NCBI GenBank assembly: GCA_934096405.1
Contig: CAKOLW010000002.1
Location: 16,754 to 80,753 of the forward strand
Direction of reading: 5' to 3'
Source: an uncultured Bacilli bacterium
GTDB lineage: Bacteria; Bacillota_I; Bacilli_A; RF39; UBA660
Length of the DNA stretch: 64,000 nucleotides
Part shown: piece after piece, positions 26,830-36,847 of the stretch
Numbering within the stretch: position 1 is the first letter of the stretch
Layout: every line of letters begins with the position of its first letter
Translations under genes and position numbers: made by a program
The notes under the pieces: model-generated
Databases searched by the model: none
What the model was told of the DNA's origin: nothing
What the model saw: only the letters and a program-made list of their open reading frames with translations

Positions 26830-28875
26830 TTATTCACCTCCTAATTGACTTATTTTTATTTCTTTATATATAGGACAAGATTTAAGTAACTCTTCATGAG
26901 TACCCATTCCTACTATTTCACCATTATCTAAAACTATTATATTATCAGCATGCATTACAGAACTAATTCTTTGCGCTACTACAAATACTATTTTATCTTT
27001 AGTTATTTTATTTAGTTCTTTTCTAAGTTCTGCATCAGTTTTATAGTCTAGTGCTGAAAATGAATCATCAAATACATATATTTTAGGATCTTTACAAATT
27101 GCTCTTGCAATAGATAGTCTTTGTTTTTGACCACCACTTACATTAGTACCACCTTGGCTTATTTCTCTATCAAGTCCATCTTTATCTTCATTAATAAATT
27201 CTAATGCTTGGCTTATTTTAGCTGAAGCAAGTGCTTTTTCTCTATCAGGTTTATTAAGTCCAAATGTTATATTAGATAATATAGTACCACTAAATAAATT
27301 ACCTTTTTGTGGAACGTATCCAATTAACTCTCTTAAATCTTTTAATTTTACATCTTTTATATTTCTACCATTTACTAGAATTTCCCCACTAGTAACATCA
27401 TAGAATCTAGGTATTAAATTGATTAATGTAGATTTGCCACTACCAGTACTACCTATAAATGCTGTAGTTGTTCCTTCAGTCGCCTTAAAGTTAATATTTC
27501 TTAGTACATCTTCTGTAGCATCAGGATATCTAAAGTATACATCTCTAAATTCTACTTCATTCTTTTCTCCAAGTTTTAAAGTTTTTTCTTTATCTTTTAT
27601 TTTAGATTCAGTATTTAATACTTCACTAACTCTTTTAAGAGAAATAGTTGCTCTTGGAAGCATTATAAGTACCATAGATACCATTAAAAATGACATAATA
27701 ATTTGCATAGTATATGTTATAAACGCTATCATAGAACCAACTTGCATAGTACCCATATCTATTTTATTAGCACTTACCCATACAATTAATATACTTACAC
27801 TATTCATCATAAGTGTTAAAGTAGGTTCCATTATAGCCATAGCTTTATGTATAAATAAACCATTTTTAGTTATATCATCATTAGCTTTTTCAAATCTTTT
27901 TTCTTCATATTTTTCATTAGCAAATGCTCTTATTACTGGTATACCTTCTAATATTTCTTTAAATACTAAGTTCATTCTATCTAATAAATCTTGCATTTTT
28001 TTAAATTTAGGTACAACTACAAGGAACAATACTAACATAAGAAGTAATACTGCGCATACGGACACTATTACAACCCAAGATATAGGACTACCACTTACTT
28101 TAGTAATCGCACCTATTCCCATTATTGGAGCAAAGATTATTATTCTAAATAACATCATTATTAAAGTTTGTATTTGTACTATATCATTAGTACATCTTGT
28201 TATCAAACTACTAGTACTAAATTTATTTAATTCTTCAGTTTCAAATGTCATTATCTTCTTCATAACTTTATTTCTTAAATCTTTACCAATGAATGCAGAT
28301 AATTTACTAGATAAATAAACACTAAGTATTGTTGCTCCCATAGATATTAATGCTACAATTAGCATTTTTCCACCTGTAGAATATATATAATTCATTTGTT
28401 TTTCTTCTACATCTATACCTAATTCTTTATAAGTATTTTTTATATAGTTAATATCACTTTGTTCAATGAAACTCTCATTGCCTTCATATTGGTCTTTTAA
28501 TGAATTTACCACTTCTTTTGTTGGTACACCATTAAATTTATCTATGTTAACCACTATAGATATAGGATACAATAAAATACTCTCTAAATCTTTATTTTCT
28601 TTTATTAATTTATATTTTCCATCTATTAAATCATAACTAACTTCTAAAATATCTTTTTCTTTATTATCAAGCATATTAGTTATTAAATTATAATCTTTTT
28701 TACTTAATACTTCAGGTACAATACTTTCTATACCTCCACTTTGTATACCAGTATCAACTATTTTACTAGTATAACTAGGTAATTCTAATTCTGTATATGC
28801 CTGCGCAAATAAAAGAATTAATATAAATAATATTTGTAATTTATATTTAACTATTGTTTTTAATATTTCTTTCAT
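26830..28875 (-). CDS. ABC exporter, fused permease-ATPase (heterodimer partner A) with a long extracellular insert after TM1
   Basis: Motifs GSTGSGKST, VSGGQKQR and YVFDDSFSALD. The likely start is ATG 28875 after GGGAGG. Confidence 0.9.
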   Translation of the reverse strand: MKEILKTIVKYKLQILFILILLFAQAYTELELPSYTSKIVDTGIQSGGIESIVPEVLSKKDYNLITNMLDNKEKDILEVSYDLIDGKYKLIKENKDLESILLYPISIVVNIDKFNGVPTKEVVNSLKDQYEGNESFIEQSDINYIKNTYKELGIDVEEKQMNYIYSTGGKMLIVALISMGATILSVYLSSKLSAFIGKDLRNKVMKKIMTFETEELNKFSTSSLITRCTNDIVQIQTLIMMLFRIIIFAPIMGIGAITKVSGSPISWVVIVSVCAVLLLMLVLFLVVVPKFKKMQDLLDRMNLVFKEILEGIPVIRAFANEKYEEKRFEKANDDITKNGLFIHKAMAIMEPTLTLMMNSVSILIVWVSANKIDMGTMQVGSMIAFITYTMQIIMSFLMVSMVLIMLPRATISLKRVSEVLNTESKIKDKEKTLKLGEKNEVEFRDVYFRYPDATEDVLRNINFKATEGTTTAFIGSTGSGKSTLINLIPRFYDVTSGEILVNGRNIKDVKLKDLRELIGYVPQKGNLFSGTILSNITFGLNKPDREKALASAKISQALEFINEDKDGLDREISQGGTNVSGGQKQRLSIARAICKDPKIYVFDDSFSALDYKTDAELRKELNKITKDKIVFVVAQRISSVMHADNIIVLDNGEIVGMGTHEELLKSCPIYKEIKISQLGGE

Positions 28876-28967
28876 GTTACTTTTTCCTCCCAATTAATAC
28901 TACTTTCATAAATTTAAAAAGTCAACTTATTACATACTTTTTCACATAAGTTTCATAAATAAATTGA

Positions 28968-30050
28968 CTATTTTAATATTTTATTTAATATGTAATTCAT
29001 TATGTATATTTTATCTTCTGGAATATATATATTAGTTTTATTAGTTTTAAGTAATCCTTCTTTTAGTAAAGGCTTTATATTAAATACATCTTGGATATTT
29101 TCATTATATTTATCAAAGAATTCTTTTACATCTATTCCTTCTAATTTTCTAAGTCCTAACATTACATGATTTTCCATATCTTCTTTTTTTGACATAACAA
29201 GTTCATTAAGTCTATATTTATCAGCTAGATATTCATTAAAACTTCTAGTGTTTTCATATCTTAATTCACTGATAAATCCATGACTACCTAAACCAAATCC
29301 ATAGTATTCAGTATTATTCCAATACCCTAAATTATGTTTACTTTCATATCCTGGTTTAGCAAAGTTACTAACTTCATAGTGATTATAACCTTTACTTTTT
29401 AATTTTTTAACTATGTATTTATACATTTTAGCATCTTTATCTTCATCTATAGGTTTTATGTTTTTAACTGCTAGTACTGTGTTATTTTCAATTATAAGAC
29501 TATAAGTACTTACATGATTTACATCTAATTTAAGTATATTGTTTATATCGCTTTTTAAAACACTTAATGTTTCTATTGGAAGTGCATATATAAGATCAAC
29601 ATTAATATTATTAAAGTATTTTTTTACTAAGTTAATATTATTAAATATTTCTTTCTTATTATGTTTTCTATTTAAGAATAAAAGATTATTTTTATCAAAA
29701 CTTTCTACTCCTATACTAATTCTATTTACTCCATTATTATTTAGTATAACTAGTTTTTCTTCAGTTATATCATTTACATTCATTTCAAATGTAAATTCTA
29801 TGTTATCTTTTCTTTTAAATATTTTAGTAATTTCCATTAGTTTATTTAAATTAGGTATGTTAAGTGTACTAGGTGTTCCTCCACCTATATATATAGTTTT
29901 AACTTCATCTTCATCATAATACTTATTTATTTCTTTTTCTAAATGTTTTAGATATTCACTTGCCCATACATCATTATGTAAAAATTTACAAAAATCACAA
30001 TAACTACATATACTAGAACAAAAAGGTATATGTATATAAACACTTCTCAT
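28968..30050 (-). CDS. hemW: Radical-SAM haem chaperone HemW (HemN-like, oxygen-independent coproporphyrinogen oxidase family)
   Basis: YIHIPFCSSICSYCDFC carries the CxxxCxxC motif, followed by GGGTPS. Length is 360 aa. Confidence 0.85.
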   Translation of the reverse strand: MRSVYIHIPFCSSICSYCDFCKFLHNDVWASEYLKHLEKEINKYYDEDEVKTIYIGGGTPSTLNIPNLNKLMEITKIFKRKDNIEFTFEMNVNDITEEKLVILNNNGVNRISIGVESFDKNNLLFLNRKHNKKEIFNNINLVKKYFNNINVDLIYALPIETLSVLKSDINNILKLDVNHVSTYSLIIENNTVLAVKNIKPIDEDKDAKMYKYIVKKLKSKGYNHYEVSNFAKPGYESKHNLGYWNNTEYYGFGLGSHGFISELRYENTRSFNEYLADKYRLNELVMSKKEDMENHVMLGLRKLEGIDVKEFFDKYNENIQDVFNIKPLLKEGLLKTNKTNIYIPEDKIYIMNYILNKILK

Positions 30051-30137
30051 ATAATCACTCTTCCGTAATAATTTTACTATAAAATGCCTGTTTTTACAAT
30101 TTTTTTATCATTTTTATACATTTTTTTAAAATTTTAC

Positions 30138-30166
30138 TTGCATTATATAAAAAATTATTATAAAAT
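30138..30166 (+). promoter_or_regulatory. Promoter of the tRNA-Ile/tRNA-Glu pair (TTGCAT-N17-TAAAAT)
   Basis: The hexamers and spacing were counted by hand. It lies 22 nt upstream of tRNA-Ile. Confidence 0.55.
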
Positions 30167-30188
30167 TAAGAAGGTTTTATGACAAAAC

Positions 30189-30265
30189 GGGCTTGTAGCT
30201 CAGTTGGTTAGAGCGTGCGTCTGATAAGCGCAAGGTCGATGGTTCAAGTCCATCCAGGCCCACCA
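30189..30265 (+). tRNA. tRNA-Ile (anticodon GAT)
   Basis: GGGCTTGTAGCTCAGTTGGTTAGAGC.., anticodon loop CTGATAA, T-loop GGTTCAAGTCC, CCA encoded. Confidence 0.92.
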
Positions 30266-30272
30266 TTTTAAT

Positions 30273-30348
30273 GGCCGGTTGGTGAAATGGTTAACACACA
30301 CGCCTTTCACGCGTGCATTCACGGGTTCAAATCCCGTACCGGTCACCA
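30273..30348 (+). tRNA. tRNA-Glu (anticodon TTC)
   Basis: GGCCGGTTGGTGAAATGG.., anticodon stem CACGC/GCGTG with loop CTTTCAC, T-loop GGTTCAAATCC, CCA encoded. Confidence 0.92.
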
Positions 30349-30412
30349 AGTTTAATCACAAGAATCTCTACTATGAGATTTTTTTATTTATATTTAAAAA
30401 TGATACAAGTGC

Positions 30413-31075
30413 TTATGCATTTGTATCATTTTCTGTATCCCAAGTTACTGTGTCATCTGTAACCATTTTTGCTACTTCTTTACCATCTATTTTGTAAACA
30501 CCTATTACTCTCCACATTATACCACTATAGTAAAGATAGTTATCTGGATTGTTACAATTTGTATCATTAGCGCAGTAAACGCATTCCATCTTTTCTACTT
30601 TTTGATTTTCATCAGTACACTTTAAATCAGTCTTAACTTTTCCTACTAAATCAGTATCAGTAGTTGAAGCTTGTTCACTACCCCATATTGCTATGTATGC
30701 ATCATTTGAATACTTTATTAATATTTCTTGATTATTTAAACTTTGATTATTCGTAGGATCAATAACACATCCTTTGTTAGTTTTTTCTGTTTCAGCATCT
30801 CCACACTTTCCTGAACCATTAGCAATTTCAGAATTAACATACCCATTTTCTACTAAATTATATACAAATATTTTTTCTCCACTAGGTATATTTTTATCTT
30901 TAGCATATAACTCAGCTGCAACTAATATTATGTCTTTTTTACTTTCTAATAATCTTTCATTGGATCTTTTTCTTATATTTATTATACTAGGTATAGATAT
31001 AGCTAGTATTATTCCTATTATTGCAATTACTACTAATATTTCAGTAATAGTAAAACCTTTCTTATTATTAATCAT
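30413..31075 (-). CDS. Type IV pilin/pseudopilin-like protein (prepilin N-terminal methylation motif), orphan
   Basis: MINNKKGFTITEILVVIAIIGIILAISIPS has the G|FTxxE motif. The C-terminal segment NPDNYLYYSGIMWRVIGVYKIDGKEV resembles the YYYSG..W..WRIIR..DG motif of the secreted family. Confidence 0.8.
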   Translation of the reverse strand: MINNKKGFTITEILVVIAIIGIILAISIPSIINIRKRSNERLLESKKDIILVAAELYAKDKNIPSGEKIFVYNLVENGYVNSEIANGSGKCGDAETEKTNKGCVIDPTNNQSLNNQEILIKYSNDAYIAIWGSEQASTTDTDLVGKVKTDLKCTDENQKVEKMECVYCANDTNCNNPDNYLYYSGIMWRVIGVYKIDGKEVAKMVTDDTVTWDTENDTNA

Positions 31076-31099
31076 ATATATCCTCCATATTATAATACA

Positions 31100-31128
31100 A
31101 TTATAAATATACTTTTAGAGAATGTCAA
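31100..31128 (-). promoter_or_regulatory. Perfect-consensus promoter of the pilin-like gene (TTGACA-N17-TATAAT)
   Basis: The minus strand reads TTGACAttctctaaaagtatattTATAAT, followed by GGAGG and the ATG. Confidence 0.7.
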
Positions 31129-31149
31129 ATAAAACCTTTAAATTTAACT

Positions 31150-31177
31150 AAAAAAGTTAGTACACGATGTACTAACT
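31150..31177 (-). terminator. Terminator of the rpsU-yqeY operon
   Basis: The minus strand reads GTTAGTACatcgtGTACTAAC followed by T6. Confidence 0.75.
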
Positions 31178-31234
31178 TCGTTAGGGTTTGAATCGATAAA
31201 TTTATTATCGAAGATATTGGGCATGCGACGCGGT

Positions 31235-31681
31235 CTACATACCCAATTTAGTGTTAACTATAACACTAACTAATTTAAAATCGGCCTTTCCTTTTAGTCG
31301 AGCGTTTGCTTCCTTCATTATTTTGCCCATGTCCTTTTTTCCTCCGGGCTTAACTTCTTCGAATATTTTATCTATTTCTTTCTCAATTTCTTCTTTGCTT
31401 AGTTGTTCTGGTAAGAATTCACTAATAATTTTAATTTCCCTTTCTAAATTATCAGCCAAATCATTCCTTCCAGCATTTCTAAATTCTTCAATACTCTCTC
31501 TATGTTGTTTAACTTGTTTACTAGCAACTTCAATTACAGTATCATCAGTTACTTCAGTTAATTTATTATTTATTTTATATAAATCAATAGCACTTTTTAG
31601 AAGTCTAATTGTACTTAAAGTTTCTTTGTCTTTACTCTTCATAGCTTCTAACATAGTTTTATTTATTCTATCATACAACAT
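31235..31681 (-). CDS. yqeY: GatB/YqeY-domain protein
   Basis: 148 aa. Sequence pattern ..MLEAMKSKDKETLSTIRLLKSAI... It lies directly downstream of rpsU, as in Bacillus. Confidence 0.85.
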   Translation of the reverse strand: MLYDRINKTMLEAMKSKDKETLSTIRLLKSAIDLYKINNKLTEVTDDTVIEVASKQVKQHRESIEEFRNAGRNDLADNLEREIKIISEFLPEQLSKEEIEKEIDKIFEEVKPGGKKDMGKIMKEANARLKGKADFKLVSVIVNTKLGM

Positions 31682-31691
31682 AAATTACCTC

Positions 31692-31886
31692 CTAAGCAGC
31701 ATGTCTTCTATTATTTCTTCTAGCATTTTTTATAGCTTCTTTTTTTGCTTCTCTTCTTACAACACCTGGTTTAGAGTATTCCTTTCTCTTTTTCATTTCA
31801 GAAGGGACCCCACTACGTTGAACTTTTATTTTAAATCTTTTTAATGCATTTTCAACATTTCCATTCTTAACTTCTACACGAGTCAT
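31692..31886 (-). CDS. rpsU: 30S ribosomal protein S21
   Basis: MTRVEVKNGNVENALKRFKIKVQRSGV..RRHAA. The start is ATG 31886, 7 nt after GGGAGGGAAG; the track ORF is N-terminally over-extended. Confidence 0.9.
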   Translation of the reverse strand: MTRVEVKNGNVENALKRFKIKVQRSGVPSEMKKRKEYSKPGVVRREAKKEAIKNARRNNRRHAA

Positions 31887-31999
31887 GTATCTTCCCTCCC
31901 TTCGTTCTATCAGATATTTTAACACGTTCAAGAGAGATTTTCAACTTATTTGTGACATATATTTACAAAATATTACATTTTTTTCGTATTTGTATTTTT

Positions 32000-32638
32000 T
32001 TATATACTATTTTTAAAGTTTTTAACTTTATCAATACCATTTCCATTTAATAAATATGATGCACTTACTACCATGTCAACGTTACTTTTTACTTTTTCAA
32101 ATGAAATATCATTTATTCCACCATCTATACTTATAATGTATTTATAATTTTTTTCTTCTCTTATTTTTTTTAATATTTCTGTTTTGTATACTACACTATC
32201 AATAAAGCTTTGTCCACTAGCGCCTGGTTCAACACTCATGATTAGAACTAAGTCTACTATATTTAAAATATTTTCTATTTTATTAACACTAGTTTCTGGT
32301 TTAATACTAATTCCAACTTTTAAACCATTATTTTTAATTTTTTCTATAACTTCTATTGGATTTTTAACAGATTCATAGTGAAATGTAATATATTTAGTGT
32401 TAAGTAAACTAAACTCATCTATATATTTTAAAGGATTGTTTACCATTAAATGTATATCTAATTCTTTACTCGTATAATTAGATAAATTAACAACGTCTTT
32501 AATTGTAAAGCTTTTATTAGGTACGAATTTACCATCCATTACATCTACATGAATATAGTCTACTCCTATGTTATTCATTAGCTTTATAGCTTCTTTTGTA
32601 CTCATACTATTTGTTAATATTGATCCACTTACTAGCAT
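32000..32638 (-). CDS. rpe: Ribulose-phosphate 3-epimerase
   Basis: Motifs HVDVMDGKFVPN, HLMV, MSVEPG and DGGI, with a 212-aa length. Confidence 0.88.
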   Translation of the reverse strand: MLVSGSILTNSMSTKEAIKLMNNIGVDYIHVDVMDGKFVPNKSFTIKDVVNLSNYTSKELDIHLMVNNPLKYIDEFSLLNTKYITFHYESVKNPIEVIEKIKNNGLKVGISIKPETSVNKIENILNIVDLVLIMSVEPGASGQSFIDSVVYKTEILKKIREEKNYKYIISIDGGINDISFEKVKSNVDMVVSASYLLNGNGIDKVKNFKNSI

Positions 32639-32692
32639 ATTATCACCAATAAAATTGTATCATATATTTAGATAAAGTAAAAGATACAATAA

Positions 32693-32914
32693 TTATCTGT
32701 TTATTTTTATTGTACCTTTATACATTCTATTATAGTCTGTTTTAAACTCTCTTATTGAACCTGATTTGTATTCAAATACTTCACTTACATTCAGTTCTAA
32801 ATTATTAATGTTATACTCATTTAAAATATTAAATACTTTATTTTTTACATTCTTCATTTCCACACTCCCATATAAATCAACAAATAACGTTTCGTTACTA
32901 TAAAATATATTCAA
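32693..32914 (-). CDS. Small hypothetical protein (73 aa)
   Basis: ORF only. I recognise no motif. Confidence 0.45.
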   Translation of the reverse strand: MNIFYSNETLFVDLYGSVEMKNVKNKVFNILNEYNINNLELNVSEVFEYKSGSIREFKTDYNRMYKGTIKINR

Positions 32915-33063
32915 TTTAACTCACCTACTTATTATTATAAATATTTATTTTTATTTTGCATTCTTTTCGACAAAATTAGATATTCTTTTTTCTTTACATA
33001 GTTTTACATTTTGTATTTAAATTAGTTAATTAATCTAGTATAATGTACTTAGGGTGATTAAAA

Positions 33064-34407
33064 ATGAAATTAGCAGTAACTATTCTTGCTTGTAAGTTAG
33101 CTAATAAAATAAGTAAGTTAACTAAAGGAGAAGGTTCAGTAATTGGTGGCGCGGTAGCATTATATTTGTATAAGAATTGTTTATCTCAGGTTAAGTATCC
33201 AAAAACAATTATAGGTATTACAGGTTCTAGCGGTAAGGGAAGTACTACTGAATTGGTAGCTAAAATATTAAAGGAAAATGGTAAAAATGTTGTATATAAT
33301 AAAAATGGAAGCAATGTTTTAAATGCAGTTGTTAGTTTAATATTAAGTAATTGTAAGTTAAATGGTGAATTTAAAGGTGATGTTCTTTTAATGGAGTTAG
33401 ATGAAAGATATATGGCTGATTCGTTAAAATATTTTGATTTAACTCATTTGGTTGTTACTAATATTACTAGAGATCAACCTCCAAGAAATGCCCATCCTGA
33501 GTTTATACAAGAAGTAATTAGTAAGGTTATTAAGAATAAAACTCATTTAATTCTTGATGTTGATGATCCACTTGTATATGAATTGGCATTAAATCATAAA
33601 GGTAAAGTAACTACTTATGGTATGGATAAAACTAATTATAGTCAAGAATCTATTTTAAATAATAAAGATGCTGGTTATTGTCCAGTATGTGGCAATAAAT
33701 TAAAATACAGTTTTTATCATTATGGTCATTTAGGAAATTATAAATGTAAACATTGTTCATTTAAAAGACCTGAACCAGATTATTTAGCACATAATGTTAA
33801 AGTAGAAGATGGTTTTATATATATAAATAAAAATAAAGTTCATTTACCATCTAATTTCTTATATTCAGTTTACTTTACTACTGCTAGCTACGCTATATGT
33901 AGTACGATTGGTATAAAAAGTAAAGATATAATAAGAGTTATGAATGATGAAGCTTTTAAACCTAAAAGATTAAATATATATAATTTTGATAATAGAAAAT
34001 GGCAAATGTTAGTAAGTAAAAATGAAAATAATTTAAGTTATAAACAATCATTAGATTTTATACTTCATGAAAAAGGAAAGAAAACTATAATATTAGGTTT
34101 TGATAATTCTTCTAGAAGATATAGTGAAAATGATATTAGTTGGATTTGGGATATTGATTTTGAAGAGTTAAATGATGAGTCAATAGATAAAATTCTATTA
34201 ATAGGTAGATTTAAATATGATATGCTGGTTAGAATGGATTATACTGGAGTTAATAAAAATAAGATTATATTAGTAGATAATTTAGAAAATGATTTATTTA
34301 ATATATTAAGAAATAGGACTAAGGGTAATATTTATAGTTGTGTTTGTTTTGATAAAGAGATTGAATTAAAAAATTTATTAAAGAAAGAAGGTATTTCTAA
34401 TGATTAA
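33064..34407 (+). CDS. murT: Lipid II isoglutaminyl synthase subunit MurT (Mur-ligase family)
   Basis: P-loop GITGSSGKGSTT. The Cys4 ribbon is CPVCGNKL..YKCKHC. It is coupled to gatD by a 4-codon overlap. Confidence 0.85.
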   Translation: MKLAVTILACKLANKISKLTKGEGSVIGGAVALYLYKNCLSQVKYPKTIIGITGSSGKGSTTELVAKILKENGKNVVYNKNGSNVLNAVVSLILSNCKLNGEFKGDVLLMELDERYMADSLKYFDLTHLVVTNITRDQPPRNAHPEFIQEVISKVIKNKTHLILDVDDPLVYELALNHKGKVTTYGMDKTNYSQESILNNKDAGYCPVCGNKLKYSFYHYGHLGNYKCKHCSFKRPEPDYLAHNVKVEDGFIYINKNKVHLPSNFLYSVYFTTASYAICSTIGIKSKDIIRVMNDEAFKPKRLNIYNFDNRKWQMLVSKNENNLSYKQSLDFILHEKGKKTIILGFDNSSRRYSENDISWIWDIDFEELNDESIDKILLIGRFKYDMLVRMDYTGVNKNKIILVDNLENDLFNILRNRTKGNIYSCVCFDKEIELKNLLKKEGISND

Positions 34408-35125
34408 GATTAAAATTGCTCATTTATATTATGATATTCTTAATTTATATGGAGAAAATGGTAATATAAGAGCTTTAAAAAAAGCTCTTGAAAGACAAGA
34501 TGTTAAATGTGAAATACATTTCTTAACTATTAATGATAAAATTAATTTTAATGAATATGATATGTTTTATATGGGAATGGGTACTGAAAAAGGTATGTCT
34601 TTAGTACTTGATGATATTATGAAATATAAAGATGAAATAACTAATGCTATTGAAAAAGGTAAATTCTTTTTAACTACTGGTAATTCACTAGAATTATTTG
34701 GAGAATATATTATAAATGGACCTGTTTTTAAAGATTGTTTAAGTTGTTTTGAATTTCATACTTTATGGAAGGGATTTAGAATTGTAGAAAGTGTTGTTGA
34801 TACTACTAAATTTATTAAATATCCTATTATAGGTTTTCAAAATAGATGTGGTAATATGTATCAAATAGAAAAGCCTTTATTTAAAGTTAAGGAAGGTACT
34901 GGCTCTTGCTTAGGTTCACAAATCGAAGGTTATCATTATAAAAATTTCTATGGTACTTATTTAATTGGACCTTTATTAATTAGGAATCCTCATTTTACTA
35001 ACTATTTAGTTAAATCTTTAATTAGTTCAAAGAATAAAAGATATAAATTTAAAATGTTTAATAAAACAGATGAAATAAAAGCATATAATACCTATTTAGA
35101 AAATTTTGTTACAAAAGAAAATTAA
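34400..35125 (+). CDS. gatD: Lipid II isoglutaminyl synthase glutaminase subunit GatD (CobQ-type GATase)
   Basis: IAHLYYDILNLYGENGNIRAL matches the characteristic N-terminus. Length is 241 aa, immediately after murT. Confidence 0.8.
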   Translation: MIKIKIAHLYYDILNLYGENGNIRALKKALERQDVKCEIHFLTINDKINFNEYDMFYMGMGTEKGMSLVLDDIMKYKDEITNAIEKGKFFLTTGNSLELFGEYIINGPVFKDCLSCFEFHTLWKGFRIVESVVDTTKFIKYPIIGFQNRCGNMYQIEKPLFKVKEGTGSCLGSQIEGYHYKNFYGTYLIGPLLIRNPHFTNYLVKSLISSKNKRYKFKMFNKTDEIKAYNTYLENFVTKEN

Positions 35126-35150
35126 TATCAAATCGATATTAATTTTTTAT

Positions 35151-36746
35151 TTAGCATGTTGAACCTTGTTCATCCACTACATAAGGATTTTCTGGAGTTC
35201 CTGCTCCTGTCACTTTTACACATTTATCTAAAGATATTACTGGTCTTACTTTACCATTTTGTGCACTAATTGTATAGTTATATAAACCACCTAGTCTATT
35301 AGAACCATCTACATACCATACATTTGAAGTTTTTCCATTCCAAAATGAAGGTGACATTACCCACCACCAACTAGTGCCTGTTATACTTTTTCCTTCACTA
35401 TTTGTAGAATAGTATAAATATGGTCCATCTGGATAATTCATAAATACACCACCGGCATATGCTAATTCATCTGCGCTTATTAAGGCTATTGGATAAGTTA
35501 ATTTGCCATTACCATTATTGTTACCACTTACATTAAATTTATCTGCAATTGATTGTGTACTTTCAAATAATCCACCACTTGTATTACCTCCACATTTATA
35601 TGTAGGGCTTTTAGATTTATAAAGTCTTTCTCTAGCTCCGTAAAAGAATGAAGTATTTGAATTGTTTGACCACGTTCCTTCAGTAATACTTCTATCATTA
35701 CAATATATTGCATCTTTACTTATATATTTATCATAACTAGTCAATAAATGTGTTGAATACCAATTATCTATATATTCTTTTATAGTACTGCTGTTGGTAT
35801 TTGAACGATTATCTTCATGACTAGTATTACCTCCATACATATATCCAGCATATCTTGATTCACTATTAACACTATTAAAAGCAGAATTTCCTATATAACC
35901 AGTTGTTGTACTAGGGTCATTTCCAGCATACAATAATCTTATACTTCCATCTTCATTTATTCTTACTATTCTCCAATATATATCATCTCCAGATTTCCAT
36001 AAATTTTCTTCTGATGTATCATCAGTTGAATATTTACCAAACTTAACCCAGTTACTATTTGTATTACCAGAATAATAGTATACATTACTATTATCTTCTG
36101 TTTTATTTGTTTTATATATTGTTCCTGTTGTACTTTCTATATTTATTGTACTAAAGTTAGTTCTTTCACTAATTGTTGAATTATCTTTTAATATTGCTTC
36201 AGTTAATGTACGAGTTGTGTAGTCACTACTTGGTTCAATATAAATATTACCACTTAATGTTTTTTCCATATCATCTGATTGATCAATATAGTTATCATTA
36301 ATATATTTCATTTCAATTGTGTAATCATGAATTTCATTTGGTAATAAATTTATACTATATTTTATTGTAGAATCTCTTTTTATATTTGCCTTAGGTATAT
36401 CTAAGTAATCTGTCATATTGTATCCATTGTTACTACTTGTTATTTTATATACTAAGTATCCTTTAGTTACAAATGTATTTATTAAATTTTTAAAAACTAA
36501 ATTATATTGATAATTATAGTTTGTTTTGTTTTCTACACTAAATGTTTTAGTTACACTCCACCCTGGTTCTATATCTATTCCATCTATTTTTTCTCCATTA
36601 TTAAATATTATTTTTAATTCATTAGTATTAACAGTAATTTTTTTCTTTTCTCCTTCTATTCTAGTAGCAAAATAAGCATATGTTAATCCAATTAATATAA
36701 ATAATATTAAACATATTCCATATATTAAATATTTCTTTTCTTTCAT
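35151..36746 (-). CDS. Secreted protein, family member 2 (SipW-type signal, TasA-like N-domain, lectin-like C-domain)
   Basis: KKYLIYGICLILFILIGLTYAYFATRIEGEKK; IEPGWSVTKTFSVEN; YYYSGNTNSNWVKFG..IYWRIVRINEDG; YPIALISADELAYAGG; WWWVMSPSFW; KVRPVISL. The protein ends in C-x21-C-COOH. The start is ATG 36746 or TTG 36764. Confidence 0.85.
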   Translation of the reverse strand: MKEKKYLIYGICLILFILIGLTYAYFATRIEGEKKKITVNTNELKIIFNNGEKIDGIDIEPGWSVTKTFSVENKTNYNYQYNLVFKNLINTFVTKGYLVYKITSSNNGYNMTDYLDIPKANIKRDSTIKYSINLLPNEIHDYTIEMKYINDNYIDQSDDMEKTLSGNIYIEPSSDYTTRTLTEAILKDNSTISERTNFSTINIESTTGTIYKTNKTEDNSNVYYYSGNTNSNWVKFGKYSTDDTSEENLWKSGDDIYWRIVRINEDGSIRLLYAGNDPSTTTGYIGNSAFNSVNSESRYAGYMYGGNTSHEDNRSNTNSSTIKEYIDNWYSTHLLTSYDKYISKDAIYCNDRSITEGTWSNNSNTSFFYGARERLYKSKSPTYKCGGNTSGGLFESTQSIADKFNVSGNNNGNGKLTYPIALISADELAYAGGVFMNYPDGPYLYYSTNSEGKSITGTSWWWVMSPSFWNGKTSNVWYVDGSNRLGGLYNYTISAQNGKVRPVISLDKCVKVTGAGTPENPYVVDEQGSTC

Positions 36747-36847
36747 TTTTCTTTGTATAATCAATCTTAAAATATTTTGATATGTAATCGATTTATTATA
36801 CTTCTCCTTTCTTTCAAAATTTCTTGACTATAATAGTTTGCCTTCTA

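Noticed and set aside
27419-28318. A long plus-strand ORF (299 aa). Similar ones occur at 31251-31844, 23932-24324, 29539-29919, 30774-31106, 3641-3949 and 56059-56400.
   Set aside because: All lie antisense to well-supported minus-strand genes (ABC exporter, yqeY/rpsU, ftsZ, rpoC and others). Their translations are low-complexity and Ile/Leu/Ser/Phe-rich, and they lack an RBS. These are shadow ORFs typical of the antisense frame of codon-biased genes.
30279-30497. A 72-aa plus-strand ORF.
   Set aside because: It starts inside tRNA-Glu(TTC) and runs through its terminator into the antisense strand of the pilin gene, so it is spurious.
35528-35713. A 61-aa ORF nested in another frame of the family-2 gene, on the same strand. 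Small plus-strand ORFs at 37391-37573, 21645-21833 and 22083-22292 fall in the same category.
   Set aside because: They are embedded in or antisense to long coding genes. They have no RBS and low-complexity translations.
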